Origin: an uncultured Acidimicrobiaceae bacterium
GTDB lineage: Bacteria > Actinomycetota > Acidimicrobiia > Spongiisociales > UBA5794
Length of the DNA stretch: 64,000 nucleotides
Direction: 5' to 3'
Assembly (NCBI GenBank): GCA_964416425.1
Contig: CAYQEC010000002.1
Location: forward strand, 38,701 to 102,700
Part shown: piece after piece, positions 37,639 through 46,231 of the stretch
Numbering within the stretch: position 1 is the stretch's first letter
Layout of the letters: each line of letters starts with the position of its first letter
The notes under the pieces: generated by a model
Database searches by the model: none
Told to the model about the DNA's origin: nothing
Seen by the model: only the letters and a program-made list of their open reading frames with translations
Position numbers and translations under genes: made by a program

Positions 37639-38829
37639 GTGGCAGAGGTTGTCTTTGAAAACGTCAACAAGGTGTACCCGAACGGCTTCGTTGCGGTCAC
37701 CGATCTCAACCTCAACATCAAGGAGGGCGAGCTGCTCGTGATGGTCGGCCCTTCGGGCTGCGGCAAGTCGACCACGTTGCGCATGATCGCCGGTCTCGAG
37801 GAGATCACGAGCGGGAAGATCTACATCGGCGACGAGGTCGTCAACGACATGCATCCCAAGGACCGGGACATCGCCATGGTGTTCCAGAACTACGCCCTCT
37901 ATCCGCACATGACGGTGGCGGAGAACATCGGGTTCGCCCTCAAGCTCGCCAAGGTGCCGAAGGTCGAGCTGCGGCAGCGGGTCGAGGACGCCGCCAAGAC
38001 GCTCGAGCTCTCCGAGATCCTCGATCGGAAGCCCGGACAGCTCTCCGGCGGGCAGCGGCAGCGGGTCGCGATGGGTCGGGCCATCGTGCGCCATCCTCGG
38101 GTGTTCCTCCTCGACGAGCCACTCTCCAACCTCGATGCCAAGCTGCGGGTCCAGATGCGGGCGGAGATCACGTCGCTGGTGCGCCGGGTCGAAGTCACCA
38201 CCTTCTACGTCACCCACGACCAGGTGGAGGCCATGACGATGGCCGACCGGGTCGCCGTCATCAGCGCCGGCGTGCTGCAGCAGGTGGCGGAGCCGCAGAC
38301 GCTCTTCGACGAGCCGGACAACCTCTTCGTCGGGGCCTTCATCGGATCCCCGTCGATGAACCTGATGGAAGCCCAACTCGCCGAGGAGGGCGAGCGCCCC
38401 GTGTTCACCCTCGGGAGCCAGACCCTGACCGGCCCGTCCGACCTTTTCACCAAGCGCCCGGCGTTGCGCCAGTACGTCGGCCGGACCGTGGTCCTCGGCC
38501 TCCGGCCGAAGGACTTCGAGGACGCGTCGGTGCACACCGATGCGCCCGCCGATCAGCGGCTCCGCTCGACGACGGAGAATATCGAGTCGCTCGGGTTCGA
38601 GAAGATCGTGTACTTCGACATCGATGCCAAGCCGGTCGTCTCCGAGGAGGCCCTCGACATCAGCGACGAGGCCGCCGCCGAGGAGGTGCTGTCCCGGGAG
38701 ACCACGCTGGTGGCGGGCCGCTTCGCTCCCGACAGCACGGCCAAGGTGGGGAGCCCGGTCGAGGTCGCGGTCGACATGGACTCGAGCCACTTCTTCGATC
38801 TCGATACCGGTCTCGCCATCCGCGACTGA
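37639..38829 (+). CDS. sugar/sn-glycerol-3-phosphate ABC transporter ATP-binding protein (MsiK/UgpC/MalK family), stand-alone
   Basis: Walker A GPSGCGKST, LSGGQRQRVA, LLDEPLSNLD, C-terminal TOBE/MalK regulatory domain; no permease or SBP genes adjacent. Confidence 0.9.
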   Translation: MAEVVFENVNKVYPNGFVAVTDLNLNIKEGELLVMVGPSGCGKSTTLRMIAGLEEITSGKIYIGDEVVNDMHPKDRDIAMVFQNYALYPHMTVAENIGFALKLAKVPKVELRQRVEDAAKTLELSEILDRKPGQLSGGQRQRVAMGRAIVRHPRVFLLDEPLSNLDAKLRVQMRAEITSLVRRVEVTTFYVTHDQVEAMTMADRVAVISAGVLQQVAEPQTLFDEPDNLFVGAFIGSPSMNLMEAQLAEEGERPVFTLGSQTLTGPSDLFTKRPALRQYVGRTVVLGLRPKDFEDASVHTDAPADQRLRSTTENIESLGFEKIVYFDIDAKPVVSEEALDISDEAAAEEVLSRETTLVAGRFAPDSTAKVGSPVEVAVDMDSSHFFDLDTGLAIRD

Positions 38830-38854
38830 CGCGCCCGGCAGTCACCCGCCGGCC

Positions 38855-39475
38855 GTGAGCGGAGAGGAGGATCGCCCGATCGGGGTGGGTCCTCATCCGC
38901 GGCCCTGGCCCGACGATCCGTGCCTCGATCCCGAGTTGCTGGCGGGCGGCGACCGGCGCAACGTGGTGGACCGCTACCGCTACTGGCGGCGGGAGGCCAT
39001 CGTGGCCGACCTCGACCGGCGCCGCCACCCGTTCCACGTCGCCGTCGAGAACTGGCAGCACGACTTCAACATCGGTGCCGTCGTCCGCAACGCCAACGCC
39101 TTTCTCGCCGCCGAGGTGCATATCGTCGGGCGAAAGCGCTGGAACCGGAGGGGGGCGATGGTGACGGACCGCTACCAGCACATCCGCCACCATGCCGCCA
39201 CTGCGGAGTTCGTGGCCTGGGCGGAGGAAGCGGAGCTTCCGCTGGTGGGCATCGACATCCTCCCCGGGTCGGCCCCGATCGAGCGGGCACGGCTCCCGGA
39301 GCGGTGCGTGCTCGTCTTCGGCCAGGAGGGTCCCGGGCTGTCGGCCGGGATGCAGGCCCGTTGCACGATGGTGTGCTCGATCTCCCAGTTCGGTTCCACC
39401 CGGTCCATCAATGCCGGCGTCGCCTCCGGCATCGCCATGCACACCTGGATCCGGCAGCACGTGCTGGGGGAGTGA
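38855..39475 (+). CDS. TrmH/SpoU family RNA 2'-O-methyltransferase (start uncertain: GTG 38855 or GTG 38885 with SD GGAGAGGAGG)
   Basis: SpoU motifs NIGAVVRNANAF, LVFGQEGPGLS, SINAGVASGIAMH. Confidence 0.7.
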   Translation: MSGEEDRPIGVGPHPRPWPDDPCLDPELLAGGDRRNVVDRYRYWRREAIVADLDRRRHPFHVAVENWQHDFNIGAVVRNANAFLAAEVHIVGRKRWNRRGAMVTDRYQHIRHHAATAEFVAWAEEAELPLVGIDILPGSAPIERARLPERCVLVFGQEGPGLSAGMQARCTMVCSISQFGSTRSINAGVASGIAMHTWIRQHVLGE

Positions 39476-39517
39476 TCCGTCCGGTGCCCGGTGCCACCGG
39501 CGCGTAGAGTCCCGGTG

Positions 39518-40466
39518 ATGGACGCGTCGACACTCCGAGCCAGGGTGCTCCTCGCTCTTGCGGCGGGGGCCGTCGCCGTGGCCTGCGCCGCGGAGGCGGA
39601 ACCGGCGACGACCGGCTCGACCGTCGCCGCCGCGGGGACGACGACGAGTACTTCGCTCGACTCCACGACGACGACCGCGGTTTCGACTTCGAGCACCACG
39701 ACCACGACCCTTCCACCCGCGCCCGGTCCGATCGTGGTGACCTCCCGCTTCTGCACCGTGGGGTGGTCGATCGGCCCGGATTGGTTCTCCCAGTATGAGA
39801 CGGGGGAACCGCCGGTCGACGGGGGCGAGGTTTACTAGGTGGTGCGGGTGGGAGACCCGATCACCACCGCGGTCGGCTCGGCCCCGGTCGACATCTGTGA
39901 CATCTTCCAGCCTCCCCTGCGCACGGTGGAGTTGAATCCGCCGTTCACCGGGGACTTCGGTGACCTGACCCCGGTGGCGATCCAAACCGACGGGGACGTC
40001 GTGCCCCACGACGTCGAGCTGCTGGGAACTTCACAGCAGGCCTAGGTCGACGCCACCCGAACGCTGATGGGTGGCTTCGGGATCGCCGACGCCGCGGTGG
40101 AGCTGACCCAGGTCATCCGGACCGGATCTCGAGGGTGACGGCGTCGACGAGGTGATCGTGACCGCCAAGGCGGAGGCCGATCAGGAGTACATCGCCGACG
40201 CCGGGGCGTACTCGATCGTGTATCTGCGCAGGCTCGTCGGGGGAGAAGTGGGCACCACGATCCTGGTGAACTCCTTCATCGCCGACGGCGACGAGTCCAC
40301 CTACGTCGACGCCTCCGCCGTAGCTGCGGTCGCCGACCTCAACCTCGATGGGCGCATGGAGATCGTCGTCGACGGTTCCTACGGGGAAGGCGTCTTTCTC
40401 CTCGTCTTCGAACGGGTGGACGATCTCGGCCCGGTCCAGGTGATGAGCTGTGGCTGCGGTCTGTAG
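39518..40466 (+). pseudogene. disrupted secreted lipoprotein gene with Ser/Thr-rich linker and FG-GAP-like repeats (two in-frame TAG codons plus one frameshift)
   Basis: Signal peptide with lipobox (LLALAAGAVAVAC); ORFs 39491..39838 and 39839..40045 are the same frame split by TAG 39836-38; second TAG at 40043-45; frame switch near 40105-40140 into 40152..40466 (DLNLDGRMEIVVDG FG-GAP-like); lower GC3 than neighbours. Confidence 0.35.
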
Positions 40467-40603
40467 CCGGGCGCCGATCTCCGCCGCCCTCCTCACTCGG
40501 GAACACGGCGGGGGTCTGAACCGTTGCTTCCTCACAAGGGCAACGACTGCCGGTGCCGACGCCGCCACCCGGTCGCGTCTCTCCAGGGGATGAGGAGGCA
40601 GGC

Positions 40604-40975
40604 ATGGACGAGGCTATCCGACAGGCGCTCGAGCACGACCGGGTCGTCGACATCACCACGGTGGGTCGGCGTACCGGCGGGCCGCGGCTGATCGAGATCT
40701 GGTGCCACCGTCTCGACGGCCATCTCTACCTCACCGGAACCCCCGGGCCGCGATCGTGGTACGCCAACCTGCTGGCAAACCCCCACTTCACCTTTCATCT
40801 CAAGGAGAGCATCGTCGCCGACCTCCCGGCCCGGGCGATCCCGATCACCGACAAGGCGCAGCGCCGCGACATCCTCGAGCGGCTCACCCTGCGGCTCGGG
40901 GTCAGTGCCCGGGTCGACGAGTGGATCGCGCACAGCCCGCTCGTCGAGGTCCGCTTCGACGACGAGGACGAGTGA
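40604..40975 (+). CDS. deazaflavin (F420)-dependent nitroreductase-family oxidoreductase (DUF385/Ddn-like)
   Basis: SD GAGGAGG before ATG 40604; DITTVGRRTGGPRLIEIW and WYANLLANP motifs of the Ddn family. Confidence 0.8.
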   Translation: MDEAIRQALEHDRVVDITTVGRRTGGPRLIEIWCHRLDGHLYLTGTPGPRSWYANLLANPHFTFHLKESIVADLPARAIPITDKAQRRDILERLTLRLGVSARVDEWIAHSPLVEVRFDDEDE

Positions 40976-40987
40976 GTCCGGCGCCCC

Positions 40988-43711
40988 TCAGTCGGCGACG
41001 GCGGGCAGATCCTTGAACTCGGGCAGCCAGCGCTCGTCCGGCTCCTTGACTCGGAGCCGGGCGTCGACGAGACGGACGCCCCGTCCCGGATCCAGCACCT
41101 TGACCGGGTTGAGGTCCATCTCGACCAGCTCGGGGAGGGCGTCGATCATCGCCGACACCCGCAGCAGGGTCTCCTCGACGGCCGGGATGTCGGCCGCGGG
41201 AAGGCCGCGGTATCCCTCGAGCAGGCGGAACGAGCGGGTCTCCCGCATCATCTCCGAGGCGTCCCGGTCGGTGAGTGGATGGATCCGGAAGGCCACGTCC
41301 TGCAGCAGCTCGACGGTGACACCACCGCCGCCGTAAACGATGAGGGCTCCGAACAGCGGATCCTCCGTCATCCCGATGAGGACCTCCTGGTCGCCGGGCA
41401 CCATCTCCTGGATGAGGGCGCCTTCCGGTTCGTCGACGACGCCGGTCACCTGGTCGTAGGCCTCGGCGGCCTTCTCGGCTCCCTCGATGCCGAGCAGCAC
41501 GCCTCCGACATCGGTCTTGTGGAGGGCGCTGGGGGCGACCAGCTTGACCGCCACCGGCCCGCCCACGGCCTCGGCCGCCTCGGCGGCAGCTTCCCGGCTC
41601 GTGACGAAGTGCGTCTGTGGCAGCGAGAAGCTAAAGGCGCCGAGTACGTCGGTCACCTCGCTCGGGGTGAGCCAGCCGCCGTCAGAACCCATACGCTCGA
41701 GTGCTGCCCGGACCACCTGCTGCGCCTCGTCGGGAGTGATGTCCTCGAACTCGGGGATCTCTCCCTCGGGCCGTTGCAGCCACTCGCCGTAGACGACGGC
41801 CCGGCCCAACGCCTGGGCGGCGGTCTCGGGGAACTCGAAGGACGGAACCAACACGGTGCCCTCCAGTCTGACACGGGGGCGGGGGTCGGGCTCCATGAGC
41901 ACCGCCAGGATCGTCTTGTCGCTCTCGGTCTCGTTGGCGGCCTCGTCGATCATCGCGCTGATGGCATCGATGGCCCCCGGCGAGGTCGGGATGTAGATGA
42001 CGCACACCGCGTCGACCTCGTCGGAGTCGAGCAGGGTGTCGATGGCGGCCCGGTATTCGGCCGGCCCGGCGGCGGCGATGAGGTCGACCGGGTTGCCGGT
42101 GGCGGCCTCCGCCGGGAGGTGGGAGCGCAGCTTCGTCTGGATCGTCTCCGACAGCTCGGGCAGCTTGAGCCCGGTCGCCTCCATGGCGTCGGCGGCCAGG
42201 ATCGCCGGGCCCCCGGAGTTGGTGATGACCCCGACCCGCCGTCCCTTGGGGACCGGCTGGCTGGCGAGCAGCTGGGTCACCGCGAACAGCTCCTCCAGGG
42301 TGTTGGTGCGGATCACCCCGGTCTGGCGGAACAGCGCCTCCACCGCCGAGTCGGTGCTGGCGAGGGCCCCTGTGTGGCTGCTGGCGGCACGGGAACCGGC
42401 GGTGCTCCGGCCCGACTTGACCGCCACGATCGGCTTCTTCTTGGCGATGTGCCGTGCGAGCCGGGCGAAGCGGCGAGGATTGCCGAACGACTCGAGGTAG
42501 AAGGCGATGACGTCGGTGGCGGGATCGTCCTCCCAGGCCAGCAGCAGGTCGTTGCCGCTGATGTCCGCCTTGTTGCCGACCGACACGAACGACGAGATGC
42601 CGATGTTGTTGCGGGCGGCGTAGTTGAGGATGGCGATGCCGAGCGCCCCCGACTGGCTGGAGAAGGCGACGTTGCCGTGAGACGGCACCAGCGGGGCGAA
42701 CGTGCCGTTGAGCCGGACCGCCTTGTCGGTGTTGAGCACCCCCATGCAGTTGGGGCCCACCATCCGCATCCCGGCCTCGCGCACCATGTCGAGGAGCTCT
42801 GCTTCCAGCTTGGTGCCCTCGCCGCCGATCTCGGAGAACCCGGCCGAGATCACCACCAGGCCCCGTACCTTCTTCTTGGCGCATTCCTCGACCGCGTTCA
42901 GCACGTAGCGGGACGGCACGACGATGTAGGCGAGGTCGATCGTGTCGGGGATGTCGAGCACGGAGGCGAACGCCCGCACCGAGTGCACCGAGTCGGCGCT
43001 CGGGTTCACCGGGTAGAGCGACCCGCCGAAGTTGCCGCTGATCAGGTTGTGGAAGAGGCGTCCCCCGATCGAGGCGGGGTTGCGGCTGGCGCCGATCACG
43101 GCGATCGACTTCGGGTACAGGATCGGCAGGATCGACGCCGCCACCGCCCGCCGTTCGTGGGCCAGCTCGGCCTGCCGGGCGTCGTCGGAGTACTCGATCG
43201 GGAACCGCACCGAGTAGACACCCTCGTCCAGGGTTCGCTCCAACGAGTACCCGGAGTTGCGGAATAGCCGCATCATCTGGGCGTTCTCGGCGAGCACCAT
43301 GGCGTTGAACGATGCGATGCCGTTGCGGCGGGCGTGCAGCGTCAGCAACTGGAGCAGCTCGGACCCGATGCCTCGGTTCTGGTGGTCGTCGACGACGGCG
43401 AAGGCCACCTCGGCGGAATCCGGCTTCTCCTTGTCCCGGTCGTAGCGGCCGATGCCGACGATCTCGTCGTCCTCGATCACGACCAGCGCCATCCGATCGA
43501 GGTAGTCCACCTTCGTGAAGTACTCGGCCTCCTCGTAGGTCAGGTCGGGCTTGACCTTGAAGAAGCGGAGGTAGACGGATCGCTCGCCGAGCCGCCGGAA
43601 GGCCCGGCGAAGCCGGCGGGAATCGTCCGGTTTGACCGGCCTGAAGTGGGCCACCGTGCCGTCGCGCAGAACAATGTCCAGTTCATATTCCGAGGGGTAT
43701 TCGCCCATCAT
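40988..43711 (-). CDS. bifunctional GNAT acetyltransferase / NDP-forming acyl-CoA synthetase-like protein (Pat-type protein lysine acetyltransferase, GNAT N-terminal)
   Basis: N-terminal GNAT (AVVDDHQNRGIGSELL), then CoA-binding (IAVIGASRNPASIGG), succinyl-CoA-synthetase-like and ATP-grasp domains. Confidence 0.85.
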   Translation of the reverse strand: MMGEYPSEYELDIVLRDGTVAHFRPVKPDDSRRLRRAFRRLGERSVYLRFFKVKPDLTYEEAEYFTKVDYLDRMALVVIEDDEIVGIGRYDRDKEKPDSAEVAFAVVDDHQNRGIGSELLQLLTLHARRNGIASFNAMVLAENAQMMRLFRNSGYSLERTLDEGVYSVRFPIEYSDDARQAELAHERRAVAASILPILYPKSIAVIGASRNPASIGGRLFHNLISGNFGGSLYPVNPSADSVHSVRAFASVLDIPDTIDLAYIVVPSRYVLNAVEECAKKKVRGLVVISAGFSEIGGEGTKLEAELLDMVREAGMRMVGPNCMGVLNTDKAVRLNGTFAPLVPSHGNVAFSSQSGALGIAILNYAARNNIGISSFVSVGNKADISGNDLLLAWEDDPATDVIAFYLESFGNPRRFARLARHIAKKKPIVAVKSGRSTAGSRAASSHTGALASTDSAVEALFRQTGVIRTNTLEELFAVTQLLASQPVPKGRRVGVITNSGGPAILAADAMEATGLKLPELSETIQTKLRSHLPAEAATGNPVDLIAAAGPAEYRAAIDTLLDSDEVDAVCVIYIPTSPGAIDAISAMIDEAANETESDKTILAVLMEPDPRPRVRLEGTVLVPSFEFPETAAQALGRAVVYGEWLQRPEGEIPEFEDITPDEAQQVVRAALERMGSDGGWLTPSEVTDVLGAFSFSLPQTHFVTSREAAAEAAEAVGGPVAVKLVAPSALHKTDVGGVLLGIEGAEKAAEAYDQVTGVVDEPEGALIQEMVPGDQEVLIGMTEDPLFGALIVYGGGGVTVELLQDVAFRIHPLTDRDASEMMRETRSFRLLEGYRGLPAADIPAVEETLLRVSAMIDALPELVEMDLNPVKVLDPGRGVRLVDARLRVKEPDERWLPEFKDLPAVAD

Positions 43712-43822
43712 GTCTCCTGGCTTTCTGGGTGACCCAATTCTGGCACGATCGGTGCCGCCCCAATGAATCGGCCCGACCGCCGGCGGGTGCCGTTTGCGGT
43801 GGTCGCCGCCCGGGCGAGGCCG

Positions 43823-44677
43823 TCAGGGGATCTGGTCGATCAGCCGGGCGTAGTCGTCGAGGAGCGGGAGCACTGTTTCGGCGGGCTCCGGGGGCAGGCT
43901 GAGCACCGCCCGTTGCACTCCGGCGTTCGCCAGCTCGGTCAACCCCGCCGGGTTGGCCGGGGCGGAGTACACCCCGATCTCGATCTCGGCCGGATCCCTT
44001 CCCGCCGCCTCGGCGGCAGCCCGGAGCGCCACAATTCGCTCTACGACCGGGTGGCGGCCCGCCAGCGGCATCCAGCCGTCGCAGAACTCGACGATGTGGG
44101 CGAGCGTCTTCGGTCCGGCGTCGCCTCCCAGGATGATCGGTGGATGGGGGTGCTGCACCGGCTTGGGCCAGGCCCAGCTCGGCTCGAGGTGCACGAACTC
44201 GCCTTCGAAGGAGGCCACGTCCTCGGTCCACAGCGCCTGCATCGCCAGGATCTTCTCTCGCAGGATCCGGCGCCGGTCCTGGTACGCGATCCCGTGCTGG
44301 GCCATCTCCTCCTTGTTCCAGCCGTAGCCGATCCCGAAGAGGACCCGGCCGCCGCTCAGGGTGTCGAGCGAGGCGACCTCCTTGGCGAGCCAGATCGGGT
44401 CCCGCTGGGCGACGAGGCAGACCCCGGTGGCGAGCAAGATGTGGGAGGTGACGGAGGCGGCGGCGGCGAGCGCCACGAACTGGTCAATGGTGCGCCAGTA
44501 CATCTCCGGTAGCGGGCCGGCCCCTGCGACCCCGCCCCGGGGGGTCGTCCGGCTCGTCGGGATGTGGCTGTGCTCGGGCAGCCACAGCGATTCGAAGCCG
44601 CGGTCCTCGGCCTCCCGGGCGAGCCGGACCGGGGAGATCGCCTTGTCGGTGGGGAACATCGTGACGCCGAGCTTCAT
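43823..44677 (-). CDS. LLM class F420-dependent oxidoreductase
   Basis: MKLGVTMFPTDKAISPVRLAREAEDRGFESLWLPEHSHIP and GIGYGWNKEE typical of the TIGR03619 family. Confidence 0.85.
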   Translation of the reverse strand: MKLGVTMFPTDKAISPVRLAREAEDRGFESLWLPEHSHIPTSRTTPRGGVAGAGPLPEMYWRTIDQFVALAAAASVTSHILLATGVCLVAQRDPIWLAKEVASLDTLSGGRVLFGIGYGWNKEEMAQHGIAYQDRRRILREKILAMQALWTEDVASFEGEFVHLEPSWAWPKPVQHPHPPIILGGDAGPKTLAHIVEFCDGWMPLAGRHPVVERIVALRAAAEAAGRDPAEIEIGVYSAPANPAGLTELANAGVQRAVLSLPPEPAETVLPLLDDYARLIDQIP

Positions 44678-44716
44678 CTCGCTCCTTGCTGGGGTCTCGA
44701 GCCTATCGGTCGGTGG

Positions 44717-45496
44717 TCAGTCGACGGTCCGTTGCAGCGGCCGCAGCCGATGATCGGGCGTGAAGAGGTTGCGCATCACGCCGAGAGCGACGACGACGGC
44801 CGTGGTGGAGACCGCGCCGAGGATCAGGTACATGATGGCGGCCTGTACCAGGACGGCGTCGACCGGATTGACGCCGCCCAAGATGAGGCCGGTCATCGCT
44901 CCGGGCAGGAACACCAGCCCGACGGCCTTGGTGGACTCGATCTGCGGGGTGAGGGCGGTGCGCATCGCGGCCCGCAGGTAGGGGCGGGCCGCCTCCCGGG
45001 ACGACTGGCCGAGGGCGAGCCGGGCTTCGACCTCGCGGCGTTTGTCGGCCAGCTCGTCGGTGACTCGGCGGGCGGCCAGCACGGTGCCGCTGAGGGAGTT
45101 GCCGATCATCATCCCGGCGAGGGGCACGATGGCGCGGGCCTCGGCGGGGAAGATGCCGAGGCCGAAGATGGTGCCCAGGGTGGCGGCGGAGGCGAGGACC
45201 AGGGCGGTGAGGGCGACACCGAACAGCCCCGGCACCTCGGGGGCGCGCTGCCGCACCGTCCAGGCTGCGAAGACCACCATCCCGACCACCCACAGCCACG
45301 AGTAGGCGAGGCTGCGGGCGGGCTCCAGCAGCCACGCCAGCACGAAGCCCATCACGATCAGCTGGACGAATGCCCGCACCGTCGCCCACACCAGCCGCTT
45401 CTCGAGGCGGAGCTGCTGGCCGAGCGAGATGAGCAGGGCGACGGCGACGAGCAGCAACGACGTCGCCAGGCCGAGCGGGGAGACGTCGCCGCTCAC
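44717..45496 (-). CDS. ABC transporter permease, FetB/YbbM (UPF0014) family
   Basis: 7-TM permease with FetB-like conserved segments (GLVFLPGAMTGLILGG). Confidence 0.8.
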   Translation of the reverse strand: MSGDVSPLGLATSLLLVAVALLISLGQQLRLEKRLVWATVRAFVQLIVMGFVLAWLLEPARSLAYSWLWVVGMVVFAAWTVRQRAPEVPGLFGVALTALVLASAATLGTIFGLGIFPAEARAIVPLAGMMIGNSLSGTVLAARRVTDELADKRREVEARLALGQSSREAARPYLRAAMRTALTPQIESTKAVGLVFLPGAMTGLILGGVNPVDAVLVQAAIMYLILGAVSTTAVVVALGVMRNLFTPDHRLRPLQRTVD

Positions 45497-46188
45497 GAGG
45501 GGTCACCGCCGAGGCGGGCGAGCGCAGTCGGAGCGTCCGGGTCGTCCGGCCCCCCGGCGAAGACGAGGCGGCCGCCGTCGAGCACCAGCAGGTGATCGGC
45601 GAGGCGTCGCATCTGTGCCACGTCGTGGGTGACCCAGAGCATGGGCACTCCCTCCTCGCTCAGTCTGCGGGCGAGGCGTTCGAGCGTGCCCACCGCCCCC
45701 GGGTCGAGCGACGAGGTCGGCTCGTCCATCAGGAGCACCTCGGGACCGGTGACCAGGGTTCGGGCCAGGCAGACCCGCTGCCCCTCGCCCCCGGAGAGGT
45801 CATCCCCGATGCGATCCAGGAATCCGGCATCGAGCTCGACCCGTTCCAGTATCTCCTGCAGGGCGGGTTCGGCCGCCGCCGGATCGGCGACGTGGAGGTT
45901 GTCGCGCACCGTGCCGGCGAAGAGGGCGGGGCGTTGGAACACCATTCCCACCCGGCGCCGCAGCGATAGCGGGTCGACGCCGGTCAGGTCGGTGCCGCGG
46001 AACCGGACCACGCCCCGATCGGGCACGTCGAGGCGGTTGCAGAGGCGCAGCAGCGTCGACTTCCCGGCCCCGGAGCGTCCCGCGATCACGGTCAGGCCGC
46101 CGTCGGGCACGGCACCGGTGACGTCCTGCAGGATCACCGTTCCCTGCTTGGCGAGCCGGACCCCGTGGAAGTCGAAGAGCGCGGTCAC
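45493..46188 (-). CDS. ABC transporter ATP-binding protein, FetA-like
   Basis: Walker A GRSGAGKSTLL, LSGGEGQRV, LLMDEPTSSLD; GTG 46188 likely start; stop overlaps the permease start. Confidence 0.8.
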   Translation of the reverse strand: MTALFDFHGVRLAKQGTVILQDVTGAVPDGGLTVIAGRSGAGKSTLLRLCNRLDVPDRGVVRFRGTDLTGVDPLSLRRRVGMVFQRPALFAGTVRDNLHVADPAAAEPALQEILERVELDAGFLDRIGDDLSGGEGQRVCLARTLVTGPEVLLMDEPTSSLDPGAVGTLERLARRLSEEGVPMLWVTHDVAQMRRLADHLLVLDGGRLVFAGGPDDPDAPTALARLGGDPS

Positions 46189-46231
46189 GGCCCGACGGTA
46201 GCGATTCCCGCCTGATTCCGAAGGGTCTCGC

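Noticed and set aside
38660-40009. 449-aa minus-strand ORF
   Set aside because: Overlaps the msiK 3' end, the TrmH gene and the lipoprotein locus in antisense; Arg/Gly-rich
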